Position numbers and translations under genes: made by a program. A DNA stretch of 64,000 bases from Verrucomicrobiota bacterium (lineage in GTDB: Bacteria > Verrucomicrobiota > Verrucomicrobiia > Limisphaerales > UBA8199): contig JBEKJO010000001.1 in the NCBI GenBank assembly GCA_050011195.1, positions 6,640-70,639 of the forward strand, in the 5' to 3' direction. Every line of letters starts with the position of its first letter. Positions within the stretch are counted from its first letter, which is position 1. This document shows, one piece after another, positions 8,533 through 15,403 of this stretch. The notes under the pieces were generated by a model. That model was not told the DNA's origin and ran no database searches. It worked only from the letters and a program-made list of their open reading frames with translations.

Positions 8533-10377
8533 ATGAAATTCCGCTGGTTACTCGCGCCGCCCCAGCCCCTCCTCGCCGCGCAGTTGGCGACTTCCCTGCG
8601 CATCCCGCCGCTGCTCGCCCAATGCCTGCTGAACCGCGGCCTGAGCGAGCCGGCCTGCATCACCGGCTTCCTCCAGCCCCAACTCAAGCAATTGGCCGAT
8701 CCGTTCCTCCTGCCGAACATGGCTGCCGCCGTCGAGCGCCTCCTCCAGGCCCGCCAACGCAACGAATCCCTCGTCATCTTCGGCGATTACGACGTGGACG
8801 GTGTCACCTCGACCGCCCTGCTGCTGGAAGTGCTCCGCCCCCTCGGCTGGAACGTCCATTACTACCTGCCCAATCGCATGGATGAAGGCTACGGTCTCAG
8901 TCAGGACGGCGTGGAGAATTGCCTGGCGAGATTCCCCGCCACCCTCCTCCTCGCCGTGGACTGTGGCTCCACCGCCGTCGCCTCCATCGCCTCGCTGCGA
9001 CAGCGCGGCATTGATGTGATCGTCCTGGACCATCATCAGGTTTCCTCCCCCGCCCCTGCCGCCACCGCCCTGGTCAACCCGCAACTCAGATTCGGACCGC
9101 GAGCCGTCCCGGCTCGCAGCGCGCAGGAACAAGCCGAGGTGCTCGGAGAACCCGAAGGTCCGGAAGCCGTGGGGGCCGCTGCGAGCCGGGACGGCTCGCG
9201 GTCCGGTGAGCTGAATGCAGCCCTGCCTCCGCCCTTCACCGAACTCTGTTCCGCCGGCCTCGCCTTCAAACTCGCCCACGCCCTCCTCAAACGCGGACGC
9301 GAAACCAGCCTGCCCGGCGCAGCCGAGTTTGACCTGCGCCCCCTGCTTGACCTCGTCGCCCTCGCCACCATCGCCGACATCGTGCCTCTCACGGGCGAAA
9401 ACCGTATCCTGGTCACCGCTGGCCTGGAGCGCCTCAACGCCACCCAACGCCCCGGCCTGGTCGCCTTGAAAAGAGTCGCTCAGTCCCCAGCCCTCCTCGG
9501 CGCCTACGAAGTCGGCTTCCAGCTCGCGCCCCGTCTCAACGCCGCGGGCCGCCTCGAAACCGCCGAAGACGCCCTGCGCCTCCTTCTGGCCGCCGACTTG
9601 GCGGAGGCGCTGCCCATCGCCCAACAGCTCGACGCCCACAACCGCGAGCGCCAGAAGATCGAACGCGCCATTGCCGACGAAGTCATCGCCGCCCTGCGCG
9701 CCCGGTTCAACCCGGAAACCGACTTCGTCATTGTCGAAGGCCAATTGCCCTGGCACATCGGCGTTGTGGGCATTGTGGCGGCGCGTGTCCTCCAGCAGTT
9801 CTACCGCCCGACCATCATCCTCGGCGGCGATGCCGGGCAATTCCGCGGGTCCGGCCGCAGCATTGCCGGGTTCGACCTCGCCGCCGCGCTGCGCCAGTGC
9901 GGCGACCTTTTGCTCCGCCACGGCGGCCACGCGATGGCCGCGGGCGTCAGCCTGCACGCCGCCAAGCTGGACCCCTTCCGCGCCCGCCTCAACGAACTCG
10001 CCCGCCGCGCCCTCCAACCCGAACAACTGCAAGCCCCCCTGCGCCTCGACGCCGAGGTCCCCATCGACGCCATCACCCTCGAATCCCTCGCCACCCTTGG
10101 CCAGTTGCGACCGACAGGGCAGGGGAACCCTCCCGTCCAATTCTTCACCCGCAACCTCGCCCAGCAACGCCCGCCCCAACGCATGGGCGCCGACAAACAG
10201 CACGTCAAAATGTGGGTCACCGACGGCGCGGCCACCCACGAAGCCGTCTGGTGGAACGTCGGCAATGAACCCCTGCCCGACCCCCGCTTCGACCTCGCCT
10301 TCGCCCCCCAGGTCAACGACTACAACGGTCGCCGCACCGTCCAGTTGAAAGTCCTCGACTGGCGGCCAGCCCAATAA
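8533..10377 (+). CDS. recJ: single-stranded-DNA-specific exonuclease RecJ, carrying a ~45-aa repeat-derived insertion
   Basis: DHH motifs (IFGDYDVDGVTS, LLLAVDCGS, VIVLDHHQ) and DHHA1 (GGHAMAAG). The track start 8494 lies in a repeat, so the ATG at 8533 (MKFRWLL) is preferred. Confidence 0.88.
   Translation: MKFRWLLAPPQPLLAAQLATSLRIPPLLAQCLLNRGLSEPACITGFLQPQLKQLADPFLLPNMAAAVERLLQARQRNESLVIFGDYDVDGVTSTALLLEVLRPLGWNVHYYLPNRMDEGYGLSQDGVENCLARFPATLLLAVDCGSTAVASIASLRQRGIDVIVLDHHQVSSPAPAATALVNPQLRFGPRAVPARSAQEQAEVLGEPEGPEAVGAAASRDGSRSGELNAALPPPFTELCSAGLAFKLAHALLKRGRETSLPGAAEFDLRPLLDLVALATIADIVPLTGENRILVTAGLERLNATQRPGLVALKRVAQSPALLGAYEVGFQLAPRLNAAGRLETAEDALRLLLAADLAEALPIAQQLDAHNRERQKIERAIADEVIAALRARFNPETDFVIVEGQLPWHIGVVGIVAARVLQQFYRPTIILGGDAGQFRGSGRSIAGFDLAAALRQCGDLLLRHGGHAMAAGVSLHAAKLDPFRARLNELARRALQPEQLQAPLRLDAEVPIDAITLESLATLGQLRPTGQGNPPVQFFTRNLAQQRPPQRMGADKQHVKMWVTDGAATHEAVWWNVGNEPLPDPRFDLAFAPQVNDYNGRRTVQLKVLDWRPAQ
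9093..9205. repeat. palindromic element family A, copy 2 (inside recJ CDS, in frame)
   Basis: Arms cggaccgcgagccgtcccggctcgcagcgcg and gccgctgcgagccgggacggctcgcggtccg. Confidence 0.85.
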
Positions 10378-10390
10378 CCCTCGCCACGTT

Positions 10391-10490
10391 GGAGCGCCGG
10401 TTTCCAAACCGGCTTAGTCCAAGCTCACAGCAGAAAGACGCACAAAAGATGAGAGCGGACACCATAATCCGGTTTGGAAACCGGCGCTCC
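10391..10490. repeat. palindromic element family C
   Basis: Arms ggagcgccggtttccaaaccgg and ccggtttggaaaccggcgctcc, 14 nt downstream of the recJ stop. Confidence 0.85.
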
Positions 10491-10560
10491 GACCCGCAGA
10501 CGGGCTTGCCCGCGCGCTACTGGCGATTCAACGCGGCGACCAGGCCGTTGAACTGGGGCG

Positions 10561-10702
10561 TTCGGCGGACACGATAGGCGCGTTGGTTTGGGGTAAGGTT
10601 GGGTCGAGGGCCATAAGTAGTTAATGCTTGGTTAATGTTTCCCGTTCACCCCGGTTCTACGCCCCCCCGCCCGCCAGCACAAGCCGCGAACCGGCCCACC
10701 TC
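10561..10702. repeat. imperfect direct repeat, copy 1 (flanks R-M module)
   Basis: Aligns at roughly 75-80% by eye with 12445..12579. Shared blocks are ttcggcggac, gttggtttggggtaa, ggccataag and gttctacgccc(c/g)cccgcccgccagcacaagccg. Confidence 0.8.
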
Positions 10703-10761
10703 GACGGCTTCGTCCCGCATTGGCTTCGTAGGCTTTTCGAGTGTGATGAAAGTGCCCGCCG

Positions 10762-11481
10762 TTATTTCAGTACTTTTGCGAGAATATCCTTAACAAACTG
10801 AGGAATTTCCAAACCCGATTTTGCGGCGTCCGCTTTCAACCGGTCATATTGCGCAACTTCCTCGCCCTGCCACACAAGATCAATTCTCCGGATTTGGCGC
10901 ATCGCCACATGATTATACTTTTCGGGGTAAGCCCAATAGCACGACAGGCAAATGTTTTTGTCTCTAATGCTTTTCCAATTCTCGCAGTGTTCGCACGACC
11001 AGGATTTCGCGCGATTCGCCGAACCGCAGAGCAGCATAAAGTCGTCTATCTTGAGTTCGTCGCTTTCTCCGGCCACCTCGTAGGGGACACGATGGTCAAT
11101 CTGCAAGTTTGGCTCATCCATTTTTTCCAGGTAGATAAAGCACTGGCATCCATATTCCTCGATGAGTTGTTCTTTGATTTTCTTGGAGAGGCCTGTGCGG
11201 CCGCTAAACCGCCGGAATTGTTTCTTGGTCGGGTCGGCAAACCGGTAGGCGGCGATCTTGCGACCATTGGCGGCGGCGACGCGAAAAGTTTCGAGCTGAA
11301 TGCCGAGCTCCCTGACATCCCGTGCCGCCCGTGGTGGATGATCGTAGCCGTATTTGGTCTTCAACTCTTCCGTTGTGACGTGGCCGTGCTTGAGAATGTG
11401 ATCAATCACCGTCTTCGGGCGCTTGCCGGTGACGGAGGCGCACAGTTCAAGAAACTCTTTTGGGTGTTTTGGCTTTGCCAT
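10762..11481 (-). CDS. HNH (beta-beta-alpha-Me) nuclease, probable type II restriction endonuclease
   Basis: CQC...IDHRVPYEVAGE...LLCGSANRAKSWSCEHCENW...CLSC gives an HNH core with flanking Cys pairs. It overlaps the methylase gene by 35 nt and its GC is visibly lower than the flanks. Confidence 0.65.
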   Translation of the reverse strand: MAKPKHPKEFLELCASVTGKRPKTVIDHILKHGHVTTEELKTKYGYDHPPRAARDVRELGIQLETFRVAAANGRKIAAYRFADPTKKQFRRFSGRTGLSKKIKEQLIEEYGCQCFIYLEKMDEPNLQIDHRVPYEVAGESDELKIDDFMLLCGSANRAKSWSCEHCENWKSIRDKNICLSCYWAYPEKYNHVAMRQIRRIDLVWQGEEVAQYDRLKADAAKSGLEIPQFVKDILAKVLK

Positions 11482-12397
11482 AAGGAACGGGTTTTTCCAT
11501 CAATTGCATCTGCTCGTCCCGCCGGTGGCGGTGCACCGTTGGCAGAACTTCCAACTCCTCCGCCAGCGCCGGCGAAAGATATAAAGATTCCACTGTCATT
11601 TCGTCCCGACCCAGCAAGGTGGCCTGCGAAGAACGCCCAGCCTCGATTTCCACCAGCGTCAAATGCAGCTTCGCCGGCAACGGTCTGCCGTAGCTGCGAT
11701 TTCCCAGACGCCCGTCGTAACTCACAAGGTATCGGACATTTTTCAAATTCAGCACCGCGAGTTGCGCCACGAAGTCGTCGAACGCGATCCCGGAGAAATA
11801 CCGCGAGTCGCGTTCCCCGCAAACCCCTTGATACGGCGGGTCCATATAGACCACATCATCCTCGCGCACATTCGCCAGCACATTTTCGTAGCTCAACGAG
11901 GTGATGATGGTTTTCCCGCGCAACAATGCTGAAATGGCGTTGAGGTTTGCCTGCATTGTTTCCGGCTGCGTTCCCAGACGGCGCTTATCGGGACTTTGAT
12001 TGAACAACCCTTCCCCGTTGTAGCGCACCGCGCCCTTCACGCAGCGGGCCAGCAGATACAAAAGCAACTGCGCATCCTGCGTGCGATTGAACGACTCGCG
12101 CACCTGATAATAATGCTCCAGCGCATCCTCGTGGTCGGCGCGCCAGAGTTCTTTGTAAAACTTCCCAAGCTCTTTCGGGCTGTTGACGATCAAAGATAAC
12201 AACTTTGCCAGCGGCGCGTTAACATCGTTCAGCCAGAATTCCTTCGCCCGCCCGCGCGCCGCCGCGGCGATGGACAGGGCGGCGGAACCGCAGAACGGCT
12301 CGACCAGCCGAATGGTGCTCGCGGGAAGATATTGCAGAATCAACGAAGCCAGCGCCCGCTTGCTGCCTTGATATTGGAATGGCTGGGGAACGGTCAT
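11447..12397 (-). CDS. Dam-family (D12 class) N6-adenine DNA methyltransferase
   Basis: FQYQGSKRAL N-terminal motif, VEPFCGSAAL (motif I) and VVYMDPPYQGV (DPPY, motif IV). Confidence 0.85.
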   Translation of the reverse strand: MTVPQPFQYQGSKRALASLILQYLPASTIRLVEPFCGSAALSIAAAARGRAKEFWLNDVNAPLAKLLSLIVNSPKELGKFYKELWRADHEDALEHYYQVRESFNRTQDAQLLLYLLARCVKGAVRYNGEGLFNQSPDKRRLGTQPETMQANLNAISALLRGKTIITSLSYENVLANVREDDVVYMDPPYQGVCGERDSRYFSGIAFDDFVAQLAVLNLKNVRYLVSYDGRLGNRSYGRPLPAKLHLTLVEIEAGRSSQATLLGRDEMTVESLYLSPALAEELEVLPTVHRHRRDEQMQLMEKPVPYGKAKTPKRVS

Positions 12398-12444
12398 GGG
12401 CGGAGGTCAACGCTAGCGTCGGGAAATTCCTTGGGGGCGCGCAT

Positions 12445-12579
12445 TTCGGCGGACGACAAGGGGGTGTTGGTTTGGGGTAACGCTGGATTGAAGGCCATAA
12501 GCAATGTTTGGTTTGTTTTCTATCGCCCCAGTTCTACGCCCGCCCGCCCGCCAGCACAAGCCGAGAAACGGACCGCCTC
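12445..12579. repeat. imperfect direct repeat, copy 2 (flanks R-M module)
   Basis: See copy 1. It lies between attC-like site 12586..12676 and the methylase start. Confidence 0.8.
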
Positions 12580-12585
12580 AGCCTG

Positions 12586-12676
12586 TCTTAACGCCCAGGC
12601 ACGCGGGGTGATGACGTCGTCCGCGATCGCGGAACTGGAGACGCCATCCCACGTTACCTGCAACGATTTGTTAGGC
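12586..12676 (-). repeat. attC-like site (91 nt), weaker
   Basis: Minus strand reads GCCTAAC...GTTAAGA with the apex palindrome ccgcgatcgcgg. L-box pairing is imperfect, with an asymmetric internal loop. Confidence 0.35.
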
Positions 12677-13054
12677 AGCATGTGCATCCTTTCTCAGCAT
12701 CTGAAACCATGCAAACCCAAATGCTACGAACGTCACCAAGTCAATGGCTACAAAAGCCGGGACATCGTGGAGACCAGCAAACGCAAAGGTAATAAATGGA
12801 GCTAAATGAGCAACGACGGCAGCAATGATCCGAATCCAGCGCTTCGCTGAACACGCCGCGACGAGTCCGCACGCAAAGTATGCTGAATATGGTAACACGA
12901 GCCCCTCTGCCGGTGGACTATCAAAATGACCAGCACCGTCACCCCATCCTGCAAATGGTCCCTTGGCAGTCATCAGAAACATGAGACCATAGGTCATCAA
13001 TAAGCCGACAAGAAGGAATATCCCTGCATATTTGGCATGAGGCGAACTCGTCAT
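12671..13054 (-). CDS. small multi-TM protein (putative cassette ORF 2)
   Basis: 127 aa with 3-4 hydrophobic helices and lower GC. It starts 10 nt after GTTAGGC, and its stop lies inside GCC-TAA-C. Confidence 0.5.
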   Translation of the reverse strand: MTSSPHAKYAGIFLLVGLLMTYGLMFLMTAKGPFAGWGDGAGHFDSPPAEGLVLPYSAYFACGLVAACSAKRWIRIIAAVVAHLAPFITFAFAGLHDVPAFVAIDLVTFVAFGFAWFQMLRKDAHAA

Positions 13055-13064
13055 AGGTGATGCT

Positions 13065-13157
13065 GCCTAACGCTCGCACTCAGGCACGGCGCGCCTGAGA
13101 CGTTCGGCAAGAAATAAGAGCGTGACCGCGCCGTTGCCTGGAGTGCGCTCGTTAGGC
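13065..13157 (-). repeat. attC-like site (93 nt)
   Basis: The + strand reads gcctaacgctcgcactcaggc...gcctgGagtgcgctcgttaggc. There is an 8-bp R-box pairing, a 2x2 internal loop, 7 bp, a single bulged G, then further pairing ggcacggcgcg/cgcgccgttgcc. Confidence 0.5.
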
Positions 13158-13493
13158 ATCAGGACTACTCTTCTTGCTGCGGCAGAACGCTAACATGGCC
13201 CAGCCCACAACGGTAATTATGGAAATCACAATGGTCGGGTAAGAAACCAAAAGCAGCGCCAAACCTGCGGACGGCCTACCGTCTCCACACTGGATGGCTA
13301 GAGTAAACCCCACTCTGGAAACGAATGCGAGAATAGCTGCTGCCGACAGAATCCACATACCTGCCAACCTGTACCGCCGAGCAGCCAAAATCACACACAC
13401 CGCGATAATCAATTGGGGCACCCCCCAAGACAGCGGCTTTTCCAACAAATAGCATAGCCCCATCAGCCACGTTTCTGCAGAGTGCGCGTCCAT
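13152..13493 (-). CDS. small multi-TM protein (putative cassette ORF 1)
   Basis: 113 aa with 3-4 hydrophobic helices and lower GC. It starts 10 nt after GTTAGGC, and its stop lies inside GCC-TAA-C. Confidence 0.5.
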   Translation of the reverse strand: MDAHSAETWLMGLCYLLEKPLSWGVPQLIIAVCVILAARRYRLAGMWILSAAAILAFVSRVGFTLAIQCGDGRPSAGLALLLVSYPTIVISIITVVGWAMLAFCRSKKSSPDA

Positions 13494-13680
13494 AATACCG
13501 AATGCCTAACAGATAATGGGCATCATATTGGACGTCTTGAAATACGTCATGGGGCGATGGTATTTTTCGGTTTATCGCGCGTCAACAGGAAATTGCGGCG
13601 AGGCGAGAGCGTGATGTTGAAACGGGAAAGGCGTCGCGGGGTGCCGGGCTCGCCTGCGGATGGGGCGGACGAATTGCGCG

Positions 13681-13770
13681 CCAGCGTTTGGAATGCGGGC
13701 AGCTTGCTGCCGCTGTCGAACGCCCGGCCCCGACCCAAGCGGCAGCAAGCTGCACGCAAAACGCTTGCGA
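13681..13770. repeat. palindromic element family E
   Basis: gcagcttgctgccgct (13699..13714) and agcggcagcaagctgc (13738..13753), with outer agcgttt/aaacgct pairing. Confidence 0.7.
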
Positions 13771-13946
13771 CTGCGCCATTGGCAGCCACATCGCCCCTCC
13801 CTCCATCGCTTGGGGTAAGAGCTTGTTCCAGGGATTCGTGTATCGCCGGAATCGTCCGCCTTCAAGGCGCAGTTGCCATTAGCAGATCAAAACTTATCCG
13901 CCTCGAATGCCCGCCAACAAACCCGCTTTTAGTAGAAATACGAATC

Positions 13947-13963
13947 TGTCCAGTTTTTGGACA
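13947..13963. promoter_or_regulatory. 17-bp palindrome TGTCCA-N5-TGGACA, copy 1
   Basis: tgtccagtttttggaca. Confidence 0.3.
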
Positions 13964-14075
13964 CGACCACCCCAGTAAGGAGCAAGCAGGCATGGATACC
14001 CATAGGGGGGGCGGTATGAGTACAGTGAGGGCCCCAGGTGCATCACTTGTTGGACCTGCTCCCAGACCTTGTTTT

Positions 14076-14092
14076 TGTCCAATTTCTGGACA
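14076..14092. promoter_or_regulatory. 17-bp palindrome TGTCCA-N5-TGGACA, copy 2
   Basis: tgtccaatttctggaca, 129 bp from copy 1. Confidence 0.3.
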
Positions 14093-14368
14093 CTACTGTC
14101 CCATTTTGTCAATATTGAGAAGCCAGAGGCCCAGGGATGCTGGCTCATGGGCATAACAGCCTGCCGGGCATATCAATTAGATTTCCTTCAACATCTGATG
14201 CCCACTGCAGCTGGCGACCGCGCTTTTGGCTGGCCAACCACAAAGAGCACAAAGACCGCAAAGAAGGGAACGTAGGGGGCCTCACCCGCCAGATGATCGC
14301 GCCAATTTGCCTATCCGTCCGTCTCTCTTTGGGTTCTCTGCGTTCTTTGTGGTTAAAGTGCTCCGTTT

Positions 14369-14422
14369 AGGTTGAATTGCCTTTGCCTTTGCGTGAGATT
14401 CAACTGCGGAATCCAGGTTGAA
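14369..14422 (+). promoter_or_regulatory. ispD leader with mutually exclusive hairpins; contains a conserved 24-nt motif
   Basis: gttgaat (14371..14377) and gttgaa (14417..14422) can both pair with attcaac (14398..14404). The motif ttcaactgcggaatccaggttgaa recurs at 41674. Confidence 0.3.
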
Positions 14423-14457
14423 ACGGCGTCGGCGAACCGGCAATCTTCTGCCGATTT

Positions 14458-15150
14458 ATGATCTCCGCCATCATTGTCGCCGCCGGCCAGGGCACCCGCA
14501 TGGGACCGCAAGTGGCTAAGCTCTTCCTCGAACTCAATGGCTGCCCCATCGTGGCGCACACGTGGCGGCGGTTCGACCAGGCCGAGTGCATTGACGAAAT
14601 CCGCATGGTCGTACGCGATGGCACGCAAGCCGCCTTTGCCGCGTTGGCGGAAGCATACAAGTTCAAGAAGCGCTTTCAGTTGGTCGCTGGCGGCAAGGAG
14701 CGGCAGGACTCGGTCTGGAACGGACTGGAATCGCTGTCGCCAGGCACCGAGCTGGTAGCCATTCAGGATGCGGCACGGCCCTGCACCAGCCCGGCGCTGA
14801 TCGCGGCAACCGTGGCCGCCGCGCGGGAAATCGGCGCCGCCGTCGCCGCGCAGCCCGTCACCGATACCATCAAGGAATCGAGCGACGGCAAACTGATCGA
14901 GCGCACCCTGGACCGCTCGCGGCTCTGGGCGGTCCAAACCCCGCAGACGTTCCGCGTGGAAATCATCCGGCGAGCTTTGTCGGTCGTTCGGCAAAAGGGC
15001 CTGCTCGTGACCGACGACACCGCGGCGTGCGAACTCATCGGCCAGCCGGTCCGGCTGGTGGTGAGCGCCACGCTCAACCCGAAGGTCACCCGCCCGGAGG
15101 ACCTGCCCTGCGTCGAGGCCCTCCTCCGCGGCCTGGCGTCTCACACCTGA
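14458..15150 (+). CDS. ispD: 2-C-methyl-D-erythritol 4-phosphate cytidylyltransferase
   Basis: MISAIIVAAGQGTRMG N-terminal signature, followed by ...AIQDAARPC...WAVQTPQTF. Confidence 0.9.
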   Translation: MISAIIVAAGQGTRMGPQVAKLFLELNGCPIVAHTWRRFDQAECIDEIRMVVRDGTQAAFAALAEAYKFKKRFQLVAGGKERQDSVWNGLESLSPGTELVAIQDAARPCTSPALIAATVAAAREIGAAVAAQPVTDTIKESSDGKLIERTLDRSRLWAVQTPQTFRVEIIRRALSVVRQKGLLVTDDTAACELIGQPVRLVVSATLNPKVTRPEDLPCVEALLRGLASHT

Positions 15151-15166
15151 TCTCCGGTGGCGGCAT

Positions 15167-15274
15167 CACTGCCCCCGGACCGCGAGCCGTCCCCGGCTCG
15201 CAGCGCGTTGGAGGGTGCTGGAGTTTTGATCGTCGTTTCGTGGCTGCTGCGAGCCGGGGACGGCTCGCGGTCCG
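15167..15274. repeat. palindromic element family A, copy 3
   Basis: cactgcccccggaccgcgagccgtccccggctcgcagcgcgtt...gctgcgagccggggacggctcgcggtccg, lying between ispD and ctpA. Confidence 0.85.
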
Positions 15275-15403
15275 TCACCACTGGGCGTTCTCACTCCTTG
15301 GAGGCAGTTTCAAGATACGCCCCTGCGCCTGATGCCAAAGGGCGCGGCCTTGCCAACTGGCCTGGCACCCACTATGGTCTGGCAGAACGATTTTTCGAGC
15401 ATT

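Larger units (their letters stand above)
12586..13510 (-). mobile_element. integron-like gene-cassette pair (CALIN-like; no integrase in window)
   Basis: Two attC-like imperfect hairpins (12586..12676, 13065..13157) plus a lone GTTAGGC core (13504..13510) delimit two same-strand short ORFs. See findings. Confidence 0.45.

Noticed and set aside
13511-13625. A third attC-like site upstream of cassette ORF 1, which would pair with the GTTAGGC core at 13504..13510.
   Set aside because: The only candidate partner core (gttgaaa at 13615..13621, TTTCAAC on the minus strand) fits RYYYAAC poorly. I could not draw a convincing long hairpin, so only the lone core is reported.
13482-14156. 224-aa + strand ORF spanning the gene-poor region, examined as a possible integron integrase or regulator.
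   Set aside because: The translation has no tyrosine-recombinase boxes (no R..HxxR..Y pattern). It runs straight through palindromic repeat E and the TGTCCA palindromes and has Arg/Pro/Ala shadow composition.
14151-14157. gcataac (minus strand GTTATGC), considered as another degenerate cassette core next to minus ORF 13894..14154.
   Set aside because: The core deviates from GTTRRRY, there is no partner hairpin, the spacing differs from the two good cassettes, and the ORF translation is unconvincing.
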